Shown in pieces: positions 1 to 12,076 of a DNA stretch of 64,000 nt (within the stretch, counting starts at the first letter, position 1; each line of letters opens with the position of its first letter). The position numbers were made by a program, and so were the translations under genes. This DNA comes from Ascoidea asiatica JCM 7603 (lineage: Eukaryota > Fungi > Ascomycota), in the NCBI GenBank assembly GCA_001600695.1, contig BCKQ01000002.1:2416051-2480050 (forward strand). Direction: 5' to 3'. Below the pieces are notes generated by a model. That model did not search any database and had not been told where the DNA came from. It worked only from the letters and a program-made list of their open reading frames with translations.

Positions 1-839
1 AGTACTATACCCCAATGCATTGGTTTGGTTTTTTTAGCAAATCTTGAATAATCACTCATATTTGTACAATTTGGTGAAACTGCTCCATAAAATACTGTTA
101 TTGCTTGTAACCAAGCCCATCCAATTTCATTTTTTGGTAAACTAACAGATTCATACCACATTGCTCCAGGTCCACCTGTAAGTTTATAACAATTATGTAA
201 TTCAAATCCAAATACACCAAGCATTGCAATTAATGTTATAAAACATGATCCATTAACTAATGGTCCCATTTTTTCTGGTTTAATAAAAAAGAAAAAATAT
301 TCAATAATGTTAAATAAAACAAATCCAACAAAATCTCTTGCTGTCATTGCTAAACTATCTGGAAATGTATTTTTCATATTTAAATAATCTGGACTCCATG
401 ATGATAACATTACAACTATACCTAAAGCACCTAACCAAGATTGTGAAGCAAAATAAACAATTGATAAAACAATTCTAATTATAATACCTAATCCAGATCC
501 ATAAATTCCAAATATCATTCTTTGACAAACTGTATAACCAATTTTATATTTTGAACCTGGAGTTGAATTTAAACATGTATAAATTACAATTAATATATTA
601 CCAATTGTTACAGCACCCATAGTATGTTGAATATTTAAACCTAAAGAAAGTAATGAAGAACCAATTGAATATGTGAAAATTGAAACATTTGGAACTGCCC
701 AATAACCAAAATATGACCAAAATCCCCATAATCTTCTACTTGGAGGCATTGGTTCTAAATCTGGATTTTTAAGAACTGTTAATGTTCTTTTACCATGAGG
801 AACCTCCATCCATTTAAGTTTTTCAGCCCAAGAACCCAT
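1..839 (-). CDS. NCS1-family (Fur4/Thi7-like) thiamine/nucleobase permease, 3' part outside the window
   Basis: Not in the ORF track because it runs off the edge. Manual translation from ATG at 839 gives MGSWAEKLKWMEVPHG...LKNPDLEPMPPSRRLWGFWSYFGYW...GYTVCQRMIFGIYGS...NMSDYSRFAK, typical NCS1 motifs (NxDLxP, RxxFGxxG, DYxRF). Most resembles Thi7/Nrt1. Confidence 0.88.
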   Translation of the reverse strand, partial: MGSWAEKLKWMEVPHGKRTLTVLKNPDLEPMPPSRRLWGFWSYFGYWAVPNVSIFTYSIGSSLLSLGLNIQHTMGAVTIGNILIVIYTCLNSTPGSKYKIGYTVCQRMIFGIYGSGLGIIIRIVLSIVYFASQSWLGALGIVVMLSSWSPDYLNMKNTFPDSLAMTARDFVGFVLFNIIEYFFFFIKPEKMGPLVNGSCFITLIAMLGVFGFELHNCYKLTGGPGAMWYESVSLPKNEIGWAWLQAITVFYGAVSPNCTNMSDYSRFAKKTKPMHWGIV

Positions 840-3541
840 TTTTATTTTTATTTTTATTCTTATTATACTAGTTTAAATATTTATTTATTTTATAATAACC
901 AATTTTAAATGGATTGATTATTTAATAAATGTCTTAAGGTTTAAAACAAGTAAAAAAGATTTCAAAATTCAAAAATAAAAGATGATATAAAAAAATGTGA
1001 GTAATGTTTACTTTATTTATATAAATTATAAAAAATATTATTCATATTCATACTGAATCTTAAGTTTAGATAAAAAATTTTTTTTTTTCTTATATACTTT
1101 TGTTTCTTCTATTGAAATCAGTATCTTTTATTTAATACTAGGAGTAATAAATGCATAAGTTTATTTGACATAAAGGTTATTGCTATCTCGAAGTTAAGTT
1201 TGAAAAAAATTTTTTTTAGATAAAATGCCAATTGATTGTTTGTGCGTATTTGAAAAAATAATTTTATTAGTTTAAGTAAATCTTAAAGATTTTAGAAATT
1301 TTGTAAATTTAACAAATTTAGAAATTTAAATAAAAAATATTAGTACTATTTGAACTAATTCTTTTTTTTCTAATTACTTGACATACTCATTACTATGGAG
1401 AATTAAGTAAAAAATTGGAAGGAAATTAATACCACTGTCGTTGAAAATTTTTATCAATTGCAGTTGAGTTTATTAAGATTTGATAAAATGTTAGTAAATT
1501 TAGTATTGCTTAATGATACTTCTACCATCATACTCAAAGAAAAATAGTACAATTTTTATGAAATCCCATGGGAAAAAGACAATTTTTGTTTAAAGGATGA
1601 AAAGATATAAAAGTATTGATTATTTTTATCAAGACTTTAAAAATAAGGAGAGAAAATAAGATTACAATACTAATTAATCTTACAATTCGGTGTATTTTTT
1701 TAAATAAGTTTTAGTAGTTTACTATGTGAAACAAAAGAGAAAAATGCAAAGTGATAGAAATAAATGGCATTATGTTTTTAATAGGTGAAGATAGTGAAAT
1801 AATAGGGTGAGAATCTTATCTCTTATCGTGAAGCATTTACCTGTGTTCAGAATTATGTTTATTTAGATCCTTAGGGGATTCAAACAAAAATTCAAAATAA
1901 TTTCACACTATTTGAGTTTTTAGCTAAAGTTCTTTTTTTATGCATCCACCTAGGTTTAAAGCTCAGTGATTTCAGAAACTTTTTTTCACTAGCGAAACAC
2001 AATTAAGAAAAAAAAGTAATACAATAATGAAGGTTCTTATTTGAGGAATTATATTGATACGAACATGCCGAAAAAAAAGACTGGGATTTCAGGTTCATTT
2101 CGTCTTTTACTTACCTTTTTTGTGATTTTTCTGTGATTTTTCTCCTTTCTTTTTTTGTTTCTTTTTAAAATGAATTCTTTTTGCTAGTGATTTGTTAGTG
2201 CAAAAAACATTGCGTGGGAAAAATGTAAAAAAAAAATGTTTTTTGCGCGGGAAACGAGCAAAATGAACGGATAAATTATTTTGCTGTTTTTTCAACGGGC
2301 TTTAAAAATCCGAAGTTCATTCAAATTATTCGTAATTATTTACAAATAGTTTGCCTTTGAGCTTAAACTGACCTTAAGTTGAGTTTATTTGTTTCAATTT
2401 TGATTCGTATTTTTTTTTTTTTGTTTCTCTCTTGCTTATTTCAAGTCTTCTGACCTTTTTCATTGCACACTGTAATAGAAGAACGCCGTTCTTTAATGAT
2501 AATGGTATTATCCACCTACATTTCCATTCAAACCGGGCTACCACGATGATGACCAAGATCAGAAAAAAAAAAAAATGGAAGAGCTGCTCTTCAGTTTTTA
2601 GGACGCCATCGAATCAACTGAAATTACGAATTGAAATAAAAAAGAGAATGAAATACAAAGGACAAAAAAAAGCGAGCAATAAAAAAGAAACAAAATTTTA
2701 ATGTGTGTATGTCGTCAGCTTTTAAATCAGGCTTCAAGATGCCCGTACAAACGCATTCCAACGTACGACCGTTAACCTTATCTATTACCTGCATGGCGCA
2801 AAACCTTAGCTTAAAATGCACGCATAACACAAACGCAATTGTCAAAAGCTTTTGTTAACGTTACAAAAATAAAACTGAAACTCATTTTTATGACTACAGA
2901 AGAATAAGTAATTATGTTTAGAGATGAAGTGTTTGTTACTGAAAGGTATGCAATGAACGATTGGGAGTATGGAGAATGATGAACTATTATTGAAGACTGT
3001 CAATTGAGTTGTTCTTTAGAAATTTAACTTATCAAAAAGGAGTTTCCTTTCCTTTTCTTTTTTTCTTTTTCCTTTTCTTTTTTTTTCTTTGCTTTTCCAT
3101 TTCTCAAATAGAATTACCAATCATAAAATCAAAAACTTTCTTTTAACCCTCAAAAGTAAGAAGAATTGAATTCATAGAATAAAATGCAATAAAATTATAT
3201 ATAATAGTTTATTTCCAAACTTTAGAATCAATTCCACATATATCAATACAAGTAAATATATCATATTGAAAATAACTTCTGGAAGACAGCTAACTTAAAA
3301 TTTAAAAATACATCCTTCCAGCAACTGCAAAAAATAGAAACAGAAAAAAAAAAACTTAAAACATCTATAAAATAATATAAAAAAAAAGGTCACATATTTA
3401 GAAAATTAAAATATATAACAATCAAATGAGAAAAAAGAACAATAAAAAAACACATTATAATATGTGAGGAATATAAAATATAATAATTAAGAAACAAAGA
3501 ATATTGAAATGGGTCATATCTTCAAAAAATCAATGGTTGAT

Positions 3542-5098
3542 TTATGAATTTCTTTGTTTTGCTTGTTTAATAATCAAGTCCCAATCAGATTTAATAATAA
3601 AATATAATTCAGTAACTGCTAAAAAGAAAACACCTGATCCTAATCCAATCCATAATCCTTTAACATTCATTTCTAATTTAAATCCAAGATATAAAGCCAA
3701 GGGAATTGCAATAATATAATATGCAATTAAATTTAATCTACTTCCAATATGTTGTCTTGCTTGACCTCTTAAACATCCAGCTCCAATAACATTTGGACAA
3801 TCATATAATTGATTAATTGCTAAGATTGATAAGATTCCAATTGCAATTTTTATAACTTTTGAATCATTTGTAAATAAATTTGCAATTTGTTTTCTTAAGA
3901 AAAATAATAATGAAAAATTAAAAATTGATAAAATTATACAAATATAATAAGTTGCTTTAATTGCAATTATTGAATAATTTTTATAACCTGCACCAATTAA
4001 ATTTGCAATTCTTGTACTTGCAGCAACTGATGTACTAAATGGTATTTGAAAACTTAATGTTGCAATAGTTGAACAAATTGATTGTGCTGCTAAAGTTTCT
4101 GTACCAAATCTTGCTGATAATAATGTTAAAACTTCAAATGCAATAAATTCAGATAATAACATTGCTGTACCATTTAAAGCTAAATTCATCATTGGACCCC
4201 AATTTTGAAAACTTTCTTTAAATTTCAAACCTCCCCAACATTTTTTAAAAGCTTGTTTTTCAAAAATTATTGTATAAAGAAATAAAGAAATTGTCATAAT
4301 CCAATAACTTATTGTAGTTGCTAATGGAGCTCCTAAAAATCCAATACCAATATATTTATTCCAAACTAAAACTTGATTTAAAATTATATTAATTGGAGCT
4401 GCAAGAAATAAACAATATTGTCCAGCAACAAATATATTTTGAGCTTGTAAAAATCTTTTACCAGTTTCAAATAATATATAAGCAGGAGTTGAAAATGCCA
4501 TAACTCTTAAATAATTTTGTGCTAATAAAGCTAAATCTAAATCAGTTACAATAAATTTTAAGAAAAAATATGAATTCCACCATAATAAAATTAATGGAAT
4601 ATTTATTACACTAATCATTGCAGCACATCTTTGAAAATATAATCCAACTAAATGAAAATTTCCTGCACCATAAGCTTGTGAACAAAAAGTATCTAAACAT
4701 GTTGACATACCATTAAATATTGAAGAAGTTACATTAAAAGTCATTGTTGCTAAAGAAACAGCTGCTAATTCTTTTGAACCAATATGACCAACAGTAAATA
4801 TTGAAACAACTGTTAAAGAATATTGTAAAAAAAAAGTTACAGTCAAAGGTAATGAAGCTTTTGCAATTATTTTTATTTCATTTAATAAACTAGAATCTTT
4901 CATTATAGAATCATCATTTAAATCATCATTTAAGTCATTATTTGGATCATTATTCGAGTTTTTATTACTGTTTATTAATGATTGTTGAGAAGATGATTCA
5001 GTTGGAGAAGAAGTTAAAGCTTCAATCTCATTAATAGTTGCTAATGAACCGTAAGATTTTATATTCTTATCTATTAAAGTAGTATTTTCCTCGGACAT
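3542..5098 (-). CDS. MATE-family efflux transporter (ERC1-like)
   Basis: 518 aa with ~12 hydrophobic segments and MATE motifs VGHIGSKELAAVSLA, LDTFCSQAYGA, STRIANLIGA and GCLRGQARQ. Confidence 0.93.
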   Translation of the reverse strand: MSEENTTLIDKNIKSYGSLATINEIEALTSSPTESSSQQSLINSNKNSNNDPNNDLNDDLNDDSIMKDSSLLNEIKIIAKASLPLTVTFFLQYSLTVVSIFTVGHIGSKELAAVSLATMTFNVTSSIFNGMSTCLDTFCSQAYGAGNFHLVGLYFQRCAAMISVINIPLILLWWNSYFFLKFIVTDLDLALLAQNYLRVMAFSTPAYILFETGKRFLQAQNIFVAGQYCLFLAAPINIILNQVLVWNKYIGIGFLGAPLATTISYWIMTISLFLYTIIFEKQAFKKCWGGLKFKESFQNWGPMMNLALNGTAMLLSEFIAFEVLTLLSARFGTETLAAQSICSTIATLSFQIPFSTSVAASTRIANLIGAGYKNYSIIAIKATYYICIILSIFNFSLLFFLRKQIANLFTNDSKVIKIAIGILSILAINQLYDCPNVIGAGCLRGQARQHIGSRLNLIAYYIIAIPLALYLGFKLEMNVKGLWIGLGSGVFFLAVTELYFIIKSDWDLIIKQAKQRNS

Positions 5099-7561
5099 TC
5101 TAAAAATTAAAATTATTCAAGATTATTATGGGTAATAAGATTATTAAGAATGATAGAAACTAATGAATATAATAGAAAAAATACGTCTCTATTTATCCAT
5201 TTATTTGAATATGAAAGAAGCGAATAAATTTTTTATTTTATTTGATAAAATTTTTTTATTTTATTAATTATTACTTGAAAGCCAAGGGAAAATCAAAAGA
5301 AATGAAAAAGAAATCAATGAGATCAATGAGATCAATCAGATCAATATAAATGGATCTTATAAGTGGAAAATGAATGAAATTAAAATTAAAAAGCTCCCAA
5401 AAAGCATTGAAAAAAAAGTGGTGGAAAAGAAGTGTTCTCGGAAATTAAATCTTCATGAATTAAAAAGTAATAGTCGTTTATTGATGACCCAGGCAGGCAG
5501 ACAGACGACAGGCAGATTATTGTAAAATGACTGAAAATGGCCTTTGCCGACGGAAATAAGCATAATTTCGTCAAATCGACCAAAAAGGGCATTTTATTAT
5601 CGACACAAAACAACTGAAAACAACAGAAGAACTGAAGAACAGGAATAAATTTAATCAAGGTGTTTTTTTGCCTTGGGATTGTTGCAACCATTACAATAAT
5701 TCTATGATGTTTTATTTGATTGCAAGCAATTCCTCAAGAACAATATTTCTTTTTCATTCCTCGGTCAAGAAACAAAAAAAAATAAAGATTCTTATCTGTT
5801 TTCAAAGTCAGCTACTTCCTTTGATAGAGAGATGAATAAAGAAATTGACAACAATTCTTTACTTGAATATATTAGTCTTCCAACCATAATGGTACAAATT
5901 CCAACAAACTACAAAGGATACTCATATAAAATATTTTACTACAACAGTGATTGAAGTCAAAAAAAACTAAATTAGCTCCAGTTCTATTTATCTAATACCT
6001 GAAAATTGCCATGGAAATAATAGAGAAGATAAGACTAATTTTGGTATTGTTGATTCAGATTTGGAGGAGTAAAATGCAGATATAAATCAATAATTAACTA
6101 ATCAGATACAAAAAGGTCTATTTGAAAAAGAACTAAGACCAAGCTAACAAGAAATTAGAGGAATGAGAGGAACTAAAGGAACAAAAAAACAAAAAAGAAA
6201 AGAAACAGCAAATAAAATCAAGACCAGAGCAGAGATGAGTCTGCAGTCTTTGCGCAATTCCCACGGAAATAACGAAGAGCATCTTTCATCTCTTTTTTCC
6301 TCAGGAGTTTCTGGAATCGAAGTGTCTTAAGCTTCCTGCTGCTTTATGGAGGTCTTTACCCTCTAATTTCACCTCAGTCCTACTTTTATATCCCCTTCAA
6401 TTTCCACTTTTTCCACCTTTTTCATAGAAATTTCAATTTTTTTCATTTTTTGCCCTTGAAATTTTTTAAATTCGTCGAGATTTTCGAGTTCCCGCGCAAA
6501 TTCAGCTTGCAGCCGCCACGGTCACCCAACATCCATACTCTGCGGCTGTACTCCACTGTCCCCTACCGGTGATATAATGAATAAATAGAATACATAAATA
6601 TAAAGCACCTTTAATACTGCTTAATAAGTGACTAAATACTAAATAGATACCCAATAAACCACAAATAATCCAACAAACGAGTCAAAAAATACTACAATCG
6701 CAACAATAAATATCAATTGATTCATGTTCTAATTGCCTTTATCCAATAATCTTATAATTCATCAACTCAATTCAACTCAATTCAATTCAATTTAATCCAA
6801 TTCAATAGTTTTCACGCCTTTTTAAATTGTACGATAATTACGTTAACGTATATTTAGATTTATCTAATCTAATCCAGCCAGATAAATTTTGTAATTTCTA
6901 ATGATCTTATAATCCGATCCCAGAATAAATGAAATGATTTGAATGATTGGAATTAATATTTCCCAATTAAGTTCCTCATATTATGCTATAGTTACATAAT
7001 ATGATTTGATTAGATAATTGATTATTTAAATATTATAATACTATAGTTTTGAAATTTTGAAATTTTGACCAATAAAATCCTTTAACGAGTCTCTATCTGA
7101 TTATAATATGATAATAATATGATCTCATTAAGATTCTGAATATATTCTTTAATTTCACCTCAATTCAAAAAAAAATTCCATCGGAATTTTCATTATTCTT
7201 GTCTTGTTTATATTATTCTTAATAAGATAATAGTAATCAGATAGTATTACTTACTTATCAATGATATGATATGATATGATATGAAATGATATTGGGGTTT
7301 TCATTTTGACGATGATTATTTTCTAAAGTGAGTAAATTTCATCCATCTTAAGCATATATTATTCATTTTCATTAAGCAATTCTCCAATTTGTTTTCTTTC
7401 AAATAGGATAATATAAATTAAGCAAAATTCCCTTCAAAAAAAAGTAATCTAATAAGAATAATAATAATAATAATATTAAATATCAATTCAATAATTAATA
7501 ATTAATAATTAACAATTGATAATTATTTAATTTACTATCCTAATAATAATACCTATTCAAA

Positions 7562-8920
7562 ATGCGTTTTTCTTTAGCTATTCTTACATCAATTGTAACT
7601 GCTTTAACAATTCAAGCTGCTGCTGTACCAAAAGCTGATCCTTTACAAATTTCAATTTCTCTTAATGATGAGAAATCAAATGAAATTATTAATAGTGAAG
7701 AAATTTCTCCAATTAATAAATCATTTTTAGATCTTTTATATGGTTCATTATTAGATAAACCTGCAGATATGTCAGTTTCTGCAAATTCAAATAAAAAACA
7801 ACCATTACCTTTACCAAATGAATTACATCCAATGATGATTCAAGATGTTTATAAAGTTCCTGATAAAGATGACTTAAGAGATATTAATGGTACTTCTGTT
7901 TTATATAGAGGTGGTGAATTTGGTGGTATTGATACTTTTGCTCATTTACCTTATGCAAATTGTTATAATCCAGAATTATTTGATGATGAAAAATTTGATA
8001 TAGCTGTAGTTGGTGCACCATTTGATGCCGGTACTTCTTTTAGACCAGGTACAAGATTTGGTCCATCTGGTATTAGATTAGGTTCAAGAAGATTAGCTCC
8101 AGCATATTCTGTTTATAGAAAAGGTTTTAATCCATATAAAAATTGGGCAAAAATTGTTGATTGTGGTGATCCACCAGTAACACCATTAGATAATAGAATT
8201 GCAATTGATCAAATTTATAGAGCAGAAAGAGCAATTAGAAAACATACAACAACAAAAAAAAATCCAAATAAATTTCCAAAAGTTTTTACATTAGGTGGTG
8301 ATCATACAATTACTTTACCTGCAGTTAAAGCAGCTTATGAAAATTATGGTAAAATTACTGTTATTCATTTTGATTCACATTTAGATACTTGGAATCCATA
8401 TTATTTCGGTGGTAATGTAACTGAATATCAATCTTTGAATCATGGTACTTATTTACATTGGGCTCATGAAAAAGGTTATTTAAATGATAATTGTATTCAT
8501 GCCGCAATTAGAGGTCCATATCCTGGTCCACAAGATGTTGAACATGATGAAGAATGTGGTTTTGATAGAGTCTTAGCAAGAGATATTGATAAAATTGGTA
8601 CTGATGGTGTTATTAAAAGAATTACTGATAGAATTGGTAATAATAATGATCCTGTTTATATTACTGTTGATGTTGATTCTATGGATCCAGCTTTCACACC
8701 TGCCACAGGTACTGTTGAACCAGGTGGATGGACTTCAAGAGAATTATTAACTATCTTAGATGGTTTAGAAGGTTTAAATGTTATTGGTGGTGATGTTGTT
8801 GAAGTTTCTCCTCCTTATGATACTGCTGAAATTACATCTTTAGTTGCTGCTCAAGTTGCAGATTCTATTATTTCTTTAATGATTATCAAAGATGAAGATA
8901 AAGTTGAAGAAAAAAATTAA
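7562..8920 (+). CDS. Agmatinase/ureohydrolase-family Mn-dependent enzyme with predicted signal peptide
   Basis: GAPFD, RPGTRFGP, LGGDHT, HFDSHLD, TVDVDSMDPAFTPATG and DVVEVSPPYD motifs; hydrophobic N-terminus MRFSLAILTSIVTALTIQA. Confidence 0.93.
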   Translation: MRFSLAILTSIVTALTIQAAAVPKADPLQISISLNDEKSNEIINSEEISPINKSFLDLLYGSLLDKPADMSVSANSNKKQPLPLPNELHPMMIQDVYKVPDKDDLRDINGTSVLYRGGEFGGIDTFAHLPYANCYNPELFDDEKFDIAVVGAPFDAGTSFRPGTRFGPSGIRLGSRRLAPAYSVYRKGFNPYKNWAKIVDCGDPPVTPLDNRIAIDQIYRAERAIRKHTTTKKNPNKFPKVFTLGGDHTITLPAVKAAYENYGKITVIHFDSHLDTWNPYYFGGNVTEYQSLNHGTYLHWAHEKGYLNDNCIHAAIRGPYPGPQDVEHDEECGFDRVLARDIDKIGTDGVIKRITDRIGNNNDPVYITVDVDSMDPAFTPATGTVEPGGWTSRELLTILDGLEGLNVIGGDVVEVSPPYDTAEITSLVAAQVADSIISLMIIKDEDKVEEKN

Positions 8921-9272
8921 TTAATTAATCTTTTCACTTTTATTACGTTATGATTTCCATTGACACGTTTATTATTTTTTATTTCACTTAAATTTTTTTT
9001 ATAGAAAACCACATTCATTAAATGACATTACTCTTTTTTAAAAATAAATATTAACTTCCCTTAATTAAAATGTTTTTTTCACAGTAATATAAGAATATTT
9101 CTTGAATAAAATTAAATTTTACAAATTCAGAATACTAATCCAGAACATTACTCGCCTTCTTTATTTATTTATTTGACCTTGTCCTTATCAAAGCAACCGT
9201 AAAAGCGATTATCAAAAAATAGATAAAAAAAAATAAATAAAAAATAAGTTAAACAAAAGAGAAAAAAAGAAG

Positions 9273-9391
9273 TGGTCCAGGAGGGGTTCGAACCCACGAC
9301 CGTCGCGTTCCTCACACGACCGTGTCGTTAACACAAACGTTTGTCATGAACGGTTATAAGCACGAAGCGCTTACCTCTGCGCCACAAGACC
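9273..9391 (-). tRNA. tRNA-Ile(UAU) with 46-nt intron (9309-9354)
   Basis: Minus strand reads GGTCTTGTGGCGCAGAGGTAAGCGCTTCGTGCT-TAT-A[intron]ACGCGACGGTCGTGGGTTCGAACCCCTCCTGGACCA. Intron is at the canonical 37/38 position, as in yeast tRNA-Ile(UAU); T-rich terminator follows. Confidence 0.93.
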
Positions 9392-10228
9392 AATTCTTGA
9401 AATTCTGCTTTGTACAAGTATTTGTGAATGTTTCTTGTTCTATTTTGTGACCTTCTTTTTTTGGTTGTGTCTCTCTTTGTGATTATTTGGAGATAAATGA
9501 CTACTATTTTATTCAAAGGCTCTTAAATAATAATCTAAATAATAAATATTATTAGTCGTAATAAGAGCAAGTCCGAATAATCATTATACTTCATGGTTCT
9601 TACCTTTGTAACGAGCGTAGTTTCTAAACTGCTTCGAAAACTGTACTTAGGATACGTTTTGTCTTGAATATTTCTATCAAGAGCCATTAACTTTCAATAA
9701 TCAAAGCTAAATTGCATAATTCAATCAATGTAATTAGCTCTCTAAGATAATAAACTCTACATTAGAGTATATCTTATTTTCAAACTATCAACTTATTAGA
9801 TTTGTTATATTATGAATTTTTTCAGATTGAAATTATTATATTCCTTTGATTAAGATTTGAATTGAGTAATCTAAAAATCTTTTTCATACAATAGTCTTAA
9901 TTTATTGGAGATTTTAGTATTTATTTTATAAAATAAAGACTAGAAAAGAATAATTTAAAAACTCGAAGAAGTCACAAACAATATTGAACATTTTTTTCTT
10001 CAATTTCTTAATTTTTCCGGTTTCATCTGTCGGATATAGTCTGCAACTCTGCTCACCGTAAAGTGTACATTTATTTATCCGAGATTTCACGCCCGGTGGA
10101 CCCTTTAAAATAACGTTCCGGAAAAACGGTTTTTTTAATTTTATTTTTTATTACTGTAATTAATTATTTATTCATTCATTTATTTTATCATTAGCTATTT
10201 AAATCTTAATTTCACTTAAAGTTAAATT

Positions 10229-12076
10229 TCATTGAGTATCGTTATTGGAATTTGTTTCATTATATACTAAGATTCCTCTATTTTTTTCATCTTTAGAAAA
10301 AATTATTAAATTTTCATCCAAATCATCAATAGGATTTCCTTCATAAATAAGTAATAATGGATTCTTGATACTTTTATAGAATTTTAAGTTATTTAAATCC
10401 AAATTCCAAATATTTTCAATAACATTATTTGATAGATTTAATTCAATTAATTTTTTTAAATTTTTTAAATTCTTAATTTTTATAATATAATTATAACTTA
10501 AATTTAAATATTCCAAATTAATTAAATATTCTAAATTTTCAACAATTAAAATTTGATTGTAATTAAGTTTCAATTTCTTCAATTTATTTAAATTCTTTAA
10601 ATTTAAGTTGATTTCACTAATTGAATTGAATGAAAAATTCAAATTTCTTAGATTTTTTAAATATTGTAAATCATCTGGAATTTCAAGAATATAATTATTA
10701 GATAAATCTAAGTTTATTAAATTTTTTAAATTATATATTTTTTCAATTTTTATAATTTCATTATGATTCATAACTAAAGTGTTTAAATTACAAAAACAAT
10801 TAAGATTTTCTAATTTAGAAATTTGATTTAGTCCAATATTCAAATAGTGTAAATTACTATTATTATTATTTTGAAAAAGATTCGAAGGAATAGAAGAAAT
10901 CTCATTGCAATTTAAGTTTAAAACTTTTAGAGTATTTAAATTCTTGAGAAAATCTAAATTTGATAAATAATTGTTACTTAAATTAACTTTCAATAATTTT
11001 GGTAAATTAATTGAATTTAAAGCTATAAAAGAAATTTTACAATCTTCTAAATATAATTCTTCCAAATTTGGTAAATTTAAGATTAAATTCTCAGAGATAT
11101 CTTTGAATGAATTTCCATTTAGATTTAATTCTTTTAATTTTATCAAATTATTTAATTCATTTGGAATTTTAGTTAAGGAAATATTTGAAATATTCAATTT
11201 TAAAAGATATTTCAAATTTAATAAAAACTTCAAACTTGAATTGTTATTTAAAGAATTTAAATAACTTTTAGATAAACTTAAATTAATGATATTTGAGAAA
11301 TGTTTCAATTCGTTTAAACTATTTGAATGAAAATAACAACTATTGATATAAAGAGTTTTTAGATTCTTGAATTTTTGAAGGATTTTTAACAGAAGCGAAA
11401 TTCTCATATTTTCTTTTTCAAGTCTTTCAATATTAACATTGTTATTGTTGGTGTTGTTGGAATCTTCTTTACCTTCTTCCATTACATTTTCATTCAAGTT
11501 TCTATTGGATTTAGAACTTACAAATTTGAAATTGTCTAGAATAAGATATTTCAAATTCTCATTAATATTTGGAATTAAATCATTTTCAAAAAGATTCAAT
11601 AAATTACTAAAGGAATAAAAATCTTCAACATTATTAATTTTAATTTCTAGTAATTTCAAATTATTTAAAGTTATCTGTTGTTTTTGATTTTGATTTTGGT
11701 TTTCATTATTAATCGTTAGTAAAGAAAAAATATTAACTAAATGAGAATCATCGAAACTTGAATGATTTTTAGGTATATTAATATTTAAAGATAAATAATT
11801 GATGAAATTTGAGTTTGATATAATTTGATTTAAAAAATTTGAGTTAGAATGATTTGAAAGATTTAAAAAAGACTTAAATTTTGGAGTATATTTATTTTGT
11901 TTAATGGAATATTTGGAAGTATGAAAAGAATAATTGATGAATTTTAACAATATTTGATTTGAAGAATTTTTGATCCAAGAATGATTTGAATTGGACAATA
12001 ATAATATAATTTTGAATTCTAAGAGAGAGAATATTTCATTAATAACATGAGGAGGTAATGGTTTGAGTATGTTCAT
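10229..12076 (-). CDS. Leucine-rich-repeat protein (SDS22-like repeats) with F-box-like N-terminus
   Basis: Many LxxLxLxxNxIxxIxxL repeats; N-terminal LPPHVINEIFSLL resembles the F-box consensus LPxEIxxxIFxxL. Confidence 0.85.
   Translation of the reverse strand: MNILKPLPPHVINEIFSLLEFKIILLLSNSNHSWIKNSSNQILLKFINYSFHTSKYSIKQNKYTPKFKSFLNLSNHSNSNFLNQIISNSNFINYLSLNINIPKNHSSFDDSHLVNIFSLLTINNENQNQNQKQQITLNNLKLLEIKINNVEDFYSFSNLLNLFENDLIPNINENLKYLILDNFKFVSSKSNRNLNENVMEEGKEDSNNTNNNNVNIERLEKENMRISLLLKILQKFKNLKTLYINSCYFHSNSLNELKHFSNIINLSLSKSYLNSLNNNSSLKFLLNLKYLLKLNISNISLTKIPNELNNLIKLKELNLNGNSFKDISENLILNLPNLEELYLEDCKISFIALNSINLPKLLKVNLSNNYLSNLDFLKNLNTLKVLNLNCNEISSIPSNLFQNNNNSNLHYLNIGLNQISKLENLNCFCNLNTLVMNHNEIIKIEKIYNLKNLINLDLSNNYILEIPDDLQYLKNLRNLNFSFNSISEINLNLKNLNKLKKLKLNYNQILIVENLEYLINLEYLNLSYNYIIKIKNLKNLKKLIELNLSNNVIENIWNLDLNNLKFYKSIKNPLLLIYEGNPIDDLDENLIIFSKDEKNRGILVYNETNSNNDTQ

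Noticed and set aside
1381-1534. Splice-like words upstream of the permease (GTATGT at 1386, TACTAAC at 1496, GTATGA at ~1533, minus strand)
   Set aside because: The canonical donor lies downstream of the branch site, and all are upstream of the likely TATA near 1015; no coherent intron joins to the CDS.
2089-2106. Possible TPP riboswitch upstream of the THI7-like permease (GAACCTGA on the minus strand)
   Set aside because: No correctly placed CTGAGA and no GATAAT..GCG..GG aptamer continuation; only an 8-nt match.
2107-2845. Short ORFs of 60-89 aa
   Set aside because: Non-ATG starts, poly-A-derived Lys/Phe runs and no domains; probably regulatory DNA.
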